Shown here piece after piece: positions 28,016 through 39,595 of a stretch of 64,000 nt of DNA (position 1 is the first letter of the stretch; every line of letters starts with the position of its first letter). This stretch comes from Mytilus trossulus (Eukaryota). The stretch is from contig NC_086379.1 in NCBI RefSeq assembly GCF_036588685.1, positions 55,304,001 through 55,368,000 of the forward strand, read 5' to 3'. Made by a program: the position numbers and the translations under genes. The notes below the pieces were generated by a model. That model was not told where the DNA came from and did not search any database. It was given only the letters and a program-made list of their open reading frames with translations.

Positions 28016-31000
28016 CATAACATAACACCAAAGTCGACGAGAAGATAAAACAAATGTATAATATCAAATTATCACAAAATTCTATTTTGTGCTAAAAAAA
28101 AGTAACAATAAAAATCGGATTGATATTGGTTACTTAAAGTATCGATAGGCATTGTTTAAACCGTCTTAAAATGATTTGAATAACTTGTAGATGCATTCTT
28201 ATCAAGTTGAATTACATCTACCAGATATTACCACTAAAAAGCATAGCTTTGTTCTATTTTGGTAGTTTTTGCGCTTTATAACATTAGATATCACATAAGA
28301 TTATAATAGTTTGAGATGAGGCAAATGAACTTGACATTTTTTTGCAAAATTTCCAGAGTCAAACTCATTTTAAATGAATTTTACAGTTTCATCTATTGTA
28401 CAGTTATACAACTGCCAAAGGGTAAGCTTATCACATGCAAGCAAGACGGGTTCTAGTTACACAGTAGGGCCAGGCACAGTGTACTGTTCTTGATAACATA
28501 ATGTAACTTTTGTAATTAATTTTGGTGGGGTCATGTTGTTTGATCTGTAATAGTTCGATTTATTGGCAGTTTTCGTTGTGGGACTTTTTCTTTTAATTTG
28601 TCTCTCTATCTTTAATCTTATTTCTTTTTCTCCCCATGATATATTTTTTCATTTTTATTCCCTCATTCGACTAGATGTATTACTCCATTGACAATATCTT
28701 AATTTGGATAACCGTGATTCTTGGTAAGTCTGATAGATTGAAACGAATAAATAAAGAATACTGAATTTTCGTTAAAAAAACCTAAAAGCATAACAGAATG
28801 TTTAGGTTCTAATACCTACATGAGTAAAACTAATCAAATTTGTCTATTATTTTAAATAAGTAGATATGCATGTTTTCTATGAACAACTTGAATTAGAATT
28901 AGAATTAGTAGCAGTGATGGGATTTTATCAAGTTGAAGAGAATAGTTTTCGCATACGAAGTCAAATCAACACATTATTTAATGAAAAGTTAGAATAATGT
29001 GAAAGAAAATTGTACTACAAATATCAAATGCAACAGGCTGTAAAAAAACAACAAATGACTAAAAGATTAATATTTTAATTGACGAGAAAAAAAGCATACA
29101 AATAAGATAATTACAATTAAAACAATTAGAGAACAAGATAATAACAAAAAAATCAAATTGAATTAAATGCTTTTCACATTGCATACTTAATGGCAAAGTA
29201 CGCATATGTCAATTTCTGTTGATAACCTATCAATATGTTTTAACTGCTTTAAATATCAATAATAGACAAACAGAAGAAAATGTTTATTTTGTCTGTTTAT
29301 TTCTAATTATTTACTTTTTTGAAGTCTTCAGTTGTTTATTTAACAAAACAAGCACCTACTTAGTAGGTACACACAAACCTAGAGCAACAATTAATCATAA
29401 TATTATATATTTTATACTTAGATACACCTGATTTAATTATTACTTAATTGCCATTGCTTTAAATGACATTTGATTATTGCATTCCACACCCTTATGTGTT
29501 TTTTAAAACCACAAACCAGTAAACTTCAATATCAGAAGACAGCAGTAAGATATTTGCTTGTGCCGTTAACCGTTAGCCTCGGTCATAATCATATATTTTG
29601 GGTTGATAAATCATTACATTTACCTCATCAAAGGTCAATAACTGTATAGTGTCGACATTCCCAGACTGAAACAAACCTACATGTACATATGTAACGAATT
29701 GTGTCAATTACTAAATCAGTTATACGATAATAACAAAGCAATAGGAAAATAAATGAGATTCTAATTCGGACAATTAAGAAATACTTATAAAATATAGAAG
29801 TAATTATATAAACACAATGCATTGGTAGGTAAAAGAGTGACCAACATGCACAAGGGCATTGCCTTCTTTTAGATTGTGTGTTCGGAAACATATCATACTT
29901 TATGCTAAGTGATAATTCTTAGTTTATTGTATTACCTCGTTGAAATTTCAAATCTTATTTGTGTCAAATAATTACATAGATATAGAAAAATGTGGTGTGA
30001 GTGCCAATGAGACAACTCTCATCCAAATAACAACTTAAAAAGTAAACCATTATAGGTTAAAGTACGGCCTTCAACACGGAGCCTTGGCTCACACCGAACA
30101 ATAAACTATAAAGGGCCCCAAAATTACGTACGTTCATGTACGTATTTAAACAGCTGAAAATATCAGAGCATTCAAAGTTATACATTAGGTATGAACATCA
30201 AGTTATCAAACCCTAAATCTAATCGACATTTTGATTGAAAAAATAGAATTGAGAATGGAAGTATTTATTGATCTATAGAGCGATCAGTTTTCGGAAGCAG
30301 TTTACGATAAAATTATACAATAAACATTAGAACGATTTCATACTTATGACATCAATAAAGATCTTTGTGATGTAATTCATCATTGATTATGTCTGTCGTA
30401 GATTTTGATTATAGTAATACATGTAATACATGTAAGGACCAAAAATATTTGGTCTATTAGTAAAAAATTATCTCTTATAAGATTAATACTGCGTCGTCAA
30501 TAATGATTTGGCGTAGAGTTATAAAAATGTTAACATAATCTGTTCTTGTTATAATGCCAATCCAATGATATTATGATTACGACCGAGAGGATAAACTGTC
30601 TGTAATTTTATATCTAACTTTAATTCAATTATTACCCGAGCTTCAAAATGTAAACTGTTTTAAAGATTTTCATATGTTGACGTTGTCCCTTATGTGTTGA
30701 TAAATGAGACTTTTAAATCTAATGCGTTTTCTTAATCGAAAATGATTTCTTGTGTTCTCAGAATGACTCTTTCAGTTTTCATTATATCACGTTCCACAAG
30801 TATTTTCTTGTACTTTAAGAGCTGGCCAAAAAGTACATTTGATCAGGATTACCTAATTTACCAGTACTGATCATGAAGGATAACGTTTCTGACAAACAAG
30901 ACATTTGCACTTTTGAAGATACTTATTTTCTCCTGTTAATCGATGAACAAAGACATCTTGATTGTAACAACAAATAGCAAGACGATTATTAAACTTGTGA

Positions 31001-33687
31001 CAACAGGATATTCTGGTGTCGAAATTACACAGATTTTACTACACATTCCGAATGCTACAGTTGGTTATACAATGAGATGCATGTATTGCACTTGATCTTT
31101 TTTCAACACGTTTTTTGCTTTGTAAAACCGTTTTCATGGACCAACTACTAACAAACACTTTGGGTAAGTTTTAAAGTAAACTAAACGCTTGCAGAATTTA
31201 AAATAAGTGTATTTTAAAATGTCCATTCGATTATCCACAACCTAATGATTCATATCATTACATATAGACGATTTTTTTACTACTTGACGAAGAAATAATT
31301 AAAACCATGACCATGCAATATGTTCTGTCAAATTATGTCATTCTTGTTTCAAATGTTGACAGGTTTGCATATTTGATAGTTTTCAGAAATAACTAAGTTA
31401 CAAATTAGAATAACAAAATTATAACAATTCAGCATTTTTATCTCAAAAAATCCCGAAACCCAAAAGTCCAAACACCTCCTCCCAGATTTAAGTAGGGTAT
31501 TCGGTGACTTTATCGATCAAAACAATTCACACTTCGTGCTATAAAACAAGGTTCAATACACTATTTTCTACTATTAAAAAATCCCTGTACCAAGTCAGGA
31601 ATATGACAGTTGTTATCCATTCGTTTGATGTGTTTTATAATTTGATTTTTGCCATCTGAGAAGGGACTTTCAGTTTCCGTTCAGCATTTTTGTGATTTTC
31701 CTTTTTTTAATTTTTATTATACTAGGTTTTATTTAGTAACAAATAGGTTCGAAGAAAATTTTGATCGGCCCTTGAACAATTATATTTAATATCTCATACT
31801 GGAAGGGTTAATATATGATGTAAATAAACAAAATAACATCAAATTCATAATGTCGGTGATGCGCTCAAAATGTACAATGTATGAATAGTTTATGTAATAG
31901 CAAACATCTTTACGATATTGCATAACTTCTATCATATAAAACAGTTACCACAGTGTTCTTATTTGTTTAATGATAATATAATGGTTTTATTCGATAATAT
32001 CCTGCCATTAAATCAGTTTTAGATCTACATGAAGGTCCTGTTAAAAAAAGCATATATATAAATTAGTTATCTCAGTGTTTTGATTAGTTTAAGTATAATA
32101 TAATGTTGTTGTTGTTGTATCCCAATTCACTATTAAAACCGATCAAGGGATGCATTTAGGAACTCTTTATGTTGGATTCTGTTCAAATTAATATTATTAG
32201 AACTGTTTTATTTGCGTTTTGTTTTGTCATTTTCTTTTGCGTTTTCCTATTCTTTTACATGACTTGGAGTTCGTTTTTTTTGTATGCTACTGTTGACTTG
32301 TCCTTTGTATGCATGATATGGAGGTAACACGGTAAAATATTCAAGCAATTGATCCCCTTATAACCATCTGAAAGGCAAATAAAATTTAACTTCAGCACAT
32401 ACATCTTGTACGGTAATTCTTATAAGCGTCAAACCCTAAAGCGAACTGATCCTGTATTTATTGGTTCATGACCATTGCGTTCAAGTTTAACAAGATTTTG
32501 TGAAACTTTATTTCACTATCATCTGGACAAATTCAATTAATTTCAATATCACAAAAACCAACCTGACCCTCGTCCGTTCATATACTATTACTTTGTAAAT
32601 ACTTCTTAGATTATGACTATAATGAAAATTGGCTGAAACTTGGTTCCCTATGCCTATCATGTAAACCAATTTTGAGCAATTTAGATTTTTATAATATCTT
32701 AATAGCTGACGAAGAGAACTTTTTTTTAAGCTTTCACCTTGCTATAAGATTTAACGTTACCGAAAAACAAGTCTGATAAACTTTTGATGGCTTTTGTTTT
32801 ACTCTAGTTAACGGATGAACAAAATCATCTTTCGAACAAAACAACAACAACAACAACTTGCAAGACGATTTTCGATCTTGTGACAAAAGAATAGTCAGGT
32901 GAGGGAATAAAGAGAATCTCATACACAATAGGTTCTCTACACAAATGTACAAATGAATAAAATATCAACGCGTTAATTGACGAGAAAATAAGAAATCAAG
33001 ACCAATAAATTAGTAGTGTAAAACACAATTTAAACTAAAACTTCAGCTTTTACTATTTTAAAATGTAGCAACAAATTGACATTGTTGCTTTCCACTTACG
33101 ATATCCATTGTGAGAAGGAATAGTTCTGTTAAATGTAAGAACTCATTTCAGTAAATAACGAACAACCAGTTTAAACTTGTTTTTATTTTTATAACGGGCA
33201 ATAACTGTGTTAATGTCTATACATTTCTTATCCTATTCTTTTTCTGAGGTATTCAGTTATTCAATTAACAAGCATCCACTTCTGTAAAAAAAAAAACAAT
33301 CAAATCTCGAGTAACAGTTATGTTGATATAATTGTTATAAACTTAGATTTACTTATGTTATTAATATTGATATAATATTATGTGAGGCTCTTAAAGCAGG
33401 TATTGCGGCACTAGTATGTTATAACTTCATGTGACGTTCGTAAATTGCAAACAGCACAACATTTTTAATTGTTTGATTCAAACAAGTAAGCTTCAAATGT
33501 AAAAAGGTCTTGGCAACAGCTCGGGATTTTCTTTTGGATTTTCATATGCATATTTACTCTGGCAACTGAACATTTTTCTGCTCTTTGGTCGGGTTGTTGT
33601 TCCTTTGACATAATCCCAAATGTCATTCTCAATTCCATTCTCTATTTAAATTTGTAATTGTATCTCAGACAGGTTATCAATTAAATG

Positions 33688-34110
33688 TAGATATAGGAAG
33701 ATGTGGTGTCAGTGCCAATGAGACAACTCTCCATCCATATAACAATTTAAAAAAGTTAAAACACCATTGTAAATGAATGTACGGCCGTTAACACGAAGCC
33801 TTGGCTCATACCGAACACAAAATTATCAAAGGCTCCATTATAACTAGTGTAAAACCATTCTAACGGGAAAATCAACGGTCTAGTCTATATAAAAAAAAAA
33901 CGAGAAACGAGAAACACGTATAAATTGCATAAACAAATGACAACTTCTTTACATCAGATTCCTGACTTAGAACAGGTGCAAAAATTTGCAGCGGTATTAA
34001 ACGTTTTAATGGATCCAAACCTTCTCCCTTTTTCTGAAACAATAGCATACCATCACAACATACAAAAACACATAATAAAATGTCAATTAGCAGGCTTAAC
34101 TTAATCAAAA
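33688..34110 (-). mobile_element. Repeat family A variant, long copy
   Basis: ATAGGAAGATGTGGTGTCAGTGCCAATGAGACAACTCTCC…; matches other copies. Confidence 0.8.
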
Positions 34111-34873
34111 AACGTATATTAATACATCGAAGTAAATTTTAAGAGCCAAACTTTACTAATTAGATAATAATCAAAACACCATAACAGATTCAACACGATC
34201 TCTTATATACAGGACACAATTTGCCGAGATCAAATCATAAATTGTCCATGGTTGTTTGACTTTACCTGGTTAACTTTCTTATTAATGGCAAACACTTGAA
34301 GACACGTATCTCAATCACAGACATAAGAAGACCAAAAATGATAGAAACACTAAAACAAAGACTCTGTTCAAGAAAGTTTCCTTTATTTTCTGCAGTGTAC
34401 ACACCTTCAAATAAACTATAACGTTGCAAGTGTACGATGTACCATGCCCGTTATATGTTAAAATCTAGAAATAGAGTATATGGATATATTTCGGAAACAT
34501 GCAGTAGTGTGCAAGGAAATTTAAGTTCTAAAGAAATACATAAGTACCAACTGACCATTTCGTTGTGTCTTCCTTGTCAAATAATGTCCAGTTATGTTTA
34601 CCAGCTAGTGAACGCTTGGTTGAAAGAAACGATCAACTTTGAAATTAAACGTTAAGGTCATTGAATCATAACAGCTTTGGTTTTCTTGGGTACATGTATA
34701 TTATTGTTGTTAATACGAAAACTATACATGTTCCATAACTTATTTCATTCTAAAACATCTATGTTATGATGAAATTGAAAAGTGACCAGAGTGGAAATTG
34801 AAATCGCTTTTTGAAAGTGAAAATATATACTGAAGCAGTAAACAGTTATCAAAGGTACCAGGATTATAATTTA

Positions 34874-34921
34874 GTACGACAGACGCGCGTTTCGTCTATA
34901 TAAGACTCATCAGTGACGCTC
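34874..34921 (-). ncRNA. Type I hammerhead ribozyme, copy 1 (core intact, one stem I mismatch)
   Basis: GCGUCA CUGAUGA GUCU-UAUAU-AGAC GAAA C-GCGC-G UC^ UGUCGU. Confidence 0.88.
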
Positions 34922-35231
34922 ATATCAAAATATTAATGAAGCCAAATAATTACAAAGTTGAAGGGCATTGAGGATCCAAAGTTCCAAAAAGTTGTGTCGA
35001 ATACGGCTAAGGTAATCTATTTTGCCTGGGATAAGAAAATCCTTAGTTTTTCGAAATATTCAAAGCTTTGTTAACAGGAAATTTATAAAAATGACCATAT
35101 TATTGGTATTCATGTCAACACCGGAGTGTTGACTACTGGGCTGGTTATACCCTCGGGGACGAAACGTCCACCGGCAGTGCCATCGACCCAGTAGTGTAAA
35201 CATTTATCAAAGGTACCAGGATTATAATTTA

Positions 35232-35279
35232 GTACGTCAGACGCGTGTTTCGTCTACATAAGACTCGTCAGTGACGCTC
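35232..35279 (-). ncRNA. Type I hammerhead ribozyme, copy 2 (CUGACGA core, loop III ACGC)
   Basis: GCGUCA CUGACGA GUCU-UAUGU-AGAC GAAA C-ACGC-G UC^ UGACGU. Confidence 0.85.
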
Positions 35280-35586
35280 ATATAAAATTATTTGTGAAGC
35301 CAAACAAGTACAAAGTTAAAGAGCATTTAGGATACAAAGTTCCAAAAAGTTGTGCCAAATACGGCTAAGGTAATCTGTGCCTGGGATAATTAAATCCGTA
35401 GTTTTTCGAAAAATTCAAAGTTTTGTAAACAGGAAATTTATAAAAATGACCACATTATTGATAATTATGTCAACACCGAAGTGTTGACTACTGGGCTGGT
35501 TATACCCTCGGGGACGAAACGTTCATCGGCAGTGGCATCGACCTAGTAGTGTACAAATTTATCAAAGGTACCAGGATTATAATTTA

Positions 35587-35634
35587 GTACGTCAAACGCG
35601 CGTTTTTTCTACATAAGACTCATCAGTGACGCTC
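35587..35634 (-). ncRNA. Type I hammerhead ribozyme, copy 3 (probably inactive)
   Basis: C-GAAA is mutated to A-AAAA (G12 and the stem II closing pair are lost); cleavage triplet is GUU. Confidence 0.8.
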
Positions 35635-35942
35635 AGATCAAAATATTTATGAAGCCAAACAAGTACAAAGTTGAAGAGCATTGAGGATCTAACATTCCAA
35701 AAAAGTTGTACCAAATACGGCAAAGGTAATCAATGCCTGGGATAATAAAATCCTTAGTTTTTCGAAAAATTCATTGTTTGGTAAACAGGAAATTTATAAA
35801 AATGACCACATTATTGATAATCATGTCAACACCGAAGTGTTGACTACTGGGCTGGTTTTACCCTCGGGGACGAAACGTCCACCGGCAATTGCATATATCC
35901 AGTGGTGTAAACATTTATCAAAGGTACCAGTATTATAATTTA

Positions 35943-35990
35943 GTACGCCAGACGCGCGTTTCGTCTACATAAGACTCATCAGTGACGCTC
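35943..35990 (-). ncRNA. Type I hammerhead ribozyme, copy 4 (consensus); predicted cleavage between 35951 and 35950
   Basis: GCGUCA CUGAUGA GUCU-UAUGU-AGAC GAAA C-GCGC-G UC^ UGGCGU. Confidence 0.92.
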
Positions 35991-37321
35991 ATATCAAAAT
36001 ATTAATGAAGCCAAATAAGTACAAAGTTGAAGAGCATTCAGGATCGAAAGTTTCAAAAAGTTGTGCCAAATACGGCTAAGTAAAGTAATATCATCTGCGA
36101 TTGTGAATTGTGAATTGTGTTTATATGATAACACAGTTAATCGGGCTGGTTAGGGATAAAGACATTAAGAACAATGTATTTGTGAATGTGAACAAATTTT
36201 CTTACGCGTTTCATAAATAAGTTTGATAAAATTATTAAGTCTTTATTATAAAACCAGACTACAATTGACTGCATAATTGTCTGACAAAAAAATCAAAACG
36301 GAAAGTTCCAAATTAAATGGCAAAAACAAAAGCTCATACCCATAAACGAATGGATAACAACTGTACATGTCATATTCATTACTTGTAACAGGCATTTACT
36401 TGTGAGGAACATTATTTGGCGAGGTGTACACACATCAGGAACAAAGAACGTGAAGTCTTTATAAACTAAAGCATAACTTAAACATATAGAGGCCTATACG
36501 TTCTTTGCTAATATGAAAAGTCAATGTTATATAATTGCATTGTGTTCAATCAAGTTAAACAACAAATAAAAACCATAGTTCAAACTAAAATTAAAAATAT
36601 TATTCAACCGATGAATCATTAATTCCATGAATTGCATAATGAACCTAAAGAGTGATTGGGTGGAAAAACAACATTTCATGGCATGCTGATTATCCTCTTG
36701 ATCAAAACCATGTTGCCGTTGATGATTTATGTTTGGAAGTTATATTTTATATCGTTTTAGCACTTCGATACATATAGCGTATACATTAATATTTTAACAT
36801 TACTTTCCATTGTTTTACACCTACTTAGTCAAATTGAGTAAAAATATCAATTCCAATATTTCATCAACTTCTCGTTCGAAACATAATAATTTTGTATGTA
36901 CCTATTTTGTGCTATAGGCAAATATTCATTACAAGTCTTTATATGCAAAAAAAATTGAATGCCAATGTTAATCTTGATTAAAATATTAATCATTTTTCAT
37001 TAATTCATTTTGATGGAAACTAAGTATAATGATCTTGTACACTTTAGTTGATAGCCATCACGTGTTGTTCTCATTTAGTTGTTTCTTTATAGGATTATCG
37101 TATAATATGATACTTGTAACGATGCTCTAACAATTAATCAAGATAGATACAATACAAAAAAATAAGCACCAACAAGTACATATGTAACGAATTTTGTAAA
37201 TCATTTAATTTCTTCTTTTGATAATAAAGTAATATAATACTTAGTATTGTATTATGCAGAAGTCTTTTTATGGTAGAAACCACATAACCACTCATAGTAC
37301 GGATAAAAGCATAAAAATAAG

Positions 37322-37940
37322 TATGAAAAAAAGGATCTAGTATGATTACCAATGAGACAACTCTCCACAAGACACCAACATGACACAGACACTAACAAAT
37401 TTATAACGCTGGTACATTTGAAAACTATTTACACCACTGGGTCGATGCCACTGCTGGTGAACGTTTCGTCCTCGAAGGTATCACCAGCCCAGTAGTTAGC
37501 ACTTCGGTGATAACATGAATATCAATAATGTGGTCATTTTTATAGATTTCCTGAATATAAAATTTTCGAAAAACAAAGGATTTGTTTATCCCAGGAATTG
37601 ATTAGCTTAGCCTCATTTGGCACAACTTTTTGGAATTTTGGATCCTAAATGCTCTTCAACTTCGTACTTGTTTGGCTTTATAAATATTTTTATATGAGCG
37701 TCACTGATGAGTCTTATGTAGACGAAATGCGCGTCTGGCGTACTAAATGATAACCCTGGTACGTTTGATAACTTATAAGGTCACAGTACGGCCTTCAACA
37801 CTAAGCAAAGCCAATATTGCACAGTCAGATATAAAAGGTCCCGAAATGACAATTAAAACGAAAAAAATAACAGCATTATTTATGAAAAAAAAATTAACGA
37901 ATAACAAATATGTAACCCATAAACAAACGACAATCACTTA
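37322..37940 (-). mobile_element. Repeat family A copy split by a retrozyme insertion
   Basis: Family A sequence at 37322-37403 resumes at 37774 (TATAAGGTCACAGTACGGCC). Confidence 0.8.
37404..37773 (+). mobile_element. Full retrozyme monomer with ~24-nt terminal redundancy; hammerhead at 37696-37744
   Basis: Reverse complement of the array unit. HHR reads GCGTCA CTGATGA GTCTTATGTAGAC GAAA TGCGCG TC TGGCGT. Ends are ATAACGCTGGTACATTTGAAAACT and ATAACCCTGGTACGTTTGATAACT. Confidence 0.9.
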
Positions 37941-38104
37941 ATAATGATAGTGACGTGTGAACATGCATCAATAAATTCTACAACATAACAACGATAGTGT
38001 GGCAACTATTGCATCAGGCCTATTGAACATATAACTTCACCTATTTGTCAAATTTAGTTACTATACACAGTATCAAGGACTAAATTTCAATTCCAAATTA
38101 CAGA

Positions 38105-38369
38105 CGATTGCATTTAGTGTGTATGTAAAGTTAGTATCTTTAGTTAGCTTGGTTGCTAGCTAGACCATAAAGTCATTAATTATTATAATAAGGATAGGTT
38201 AACTACCCTCCTTTAAGAGAAGAATAGTCCGACAGATAACCGATATATCTGTCAGGTGGACCAGGATACTTCGAAAGGAGGATAGTATACCTTATAAAAT
38301 AATTACTTCATGATTTAGCTAGCAAACAACCTAACTAAAGATATTACTTTTACATACTCAATGCAATCG
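38105..38369. repeat. 265-bp imperfect palindrome (foldback/MITE-like)
   Basis: Paired arms CGATTGCATT/AATGCAATCG, ATCTTTAGTTAG/CTAACTAAAGAT, TTGCTAGCTA/TAGCTAGCAA, CCTCCTTT/AAAGGAGG, GACAGATA/TATCTGTC. Confidence 0.85.
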
Positions 38370-39595
38370 GCTTTAATATATTTATAAATAACCCGATGTC
38401 ACGAGAGTTAAGAGTGTTCTTTGACGATGTAACAAATAGAGAAATGAAAAGTTCCATGTGTATTGCTTACAAACAATGCAATTGATCACAATTAAAAAAC
38501 ATTTAAACAATATATTATAATTTGCCATGAAAAACACAATGAATTAGAAAAGGGAAGACTGAGTTGCAAAACGTCATTTAGTTAAATGAAAATAAAAAAA
38601 AATCAATATCTTATTTCTCATTTTTTAAAACACCAGTTTAAAAACAATGCTGAAACCAGATGAAAACCGACTTTTAAATAGTGTTATTCGATATTTTAGC
38701 AGTTCCTTTGTGTACGTGCATTTCACATTTTAAATTCTCAGAAAAAGAAGAGATCTCCCTAAAACCCATCACCATTCATTCATAGAAAGACATCTTGAAC
38801 AGCAATATTTATTTTCACACATGAACAAGGAGATTATAGCATATTTCAATACAAATGCAATTTGAAAACATATAACGCCCAAAATATCTGGGTATGCGTT
38901 TGCGCACTAGTACTGAAAACGAAATTACAAAGCACCAGAACAAAAAAAAGTATGAAAGCAAGATGGTGTGGTCTGAATAAACCAATGACACAACTCTCCA
39001 TTCAAGTCATAATGTATAAAAAAAAGTCTTGAGAATTATAAGTTAAAGCCTTAAACACGTACCATTTGCTAACATTGAACAGCAAGCTATGAAGGGCACA
39101 AAAAGACTAGTTAACAACAATTGAAACAAGAAAACAAACGGTCTTATCACCAAGTATATAAAATTCCCGATGTCAAAATCGAGAAACACCTATGAATTAC
39201 TCAAACACATGACAATCACTGAACAACAGGCTCTTGAGCTAAGACAGCTGCATAAACATTCAGCGCGTTTTAAAATTTTAACATGCGTATCTGAGGACTT
39301 TTGTCTGCAGGAAGTGCTTTATAGACTGTTCCTACAAGTGTAGTCTGTTTTTAAAAAGTGAAAACAGGTTATTATCACATGTGTTTAAAGCACTTTCTGG
39401 ATGTACCGTTATTCGGAACGCTCACAGTCGAGTGTTTATACCACTGGAAGTTGCGCAACTAACAATAAAGTAATCTATCTAATATTTGGGAGTACAAAAA
39501 TGTATGTATAAGAACTAAAAAAGTTTAAGAGCTAAATGACGAATAAAAACACATGAAAAGCCAAGTTGGAAATGAAAACTTTGTTTTGATCTATA

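Larger units (their letters stand above)
34838..36081 (-). mobile_element. Tandem array (~3.5 x 355-358 bp) of a non-LTR retrozyme-like element
   Basis: Marker AAAGGTACCA at 34851, 35209, 35564 and 35920; one hammerhead motif per unit; no ORF. Confidence 0.92.

Noticed and set aside
34838-36081. CRISPR array or ordinary satellite
   Set aside because: No unique spacers or cas genes; eukaryotic context; dispersed copies and the ribozyme fit a retrozyme
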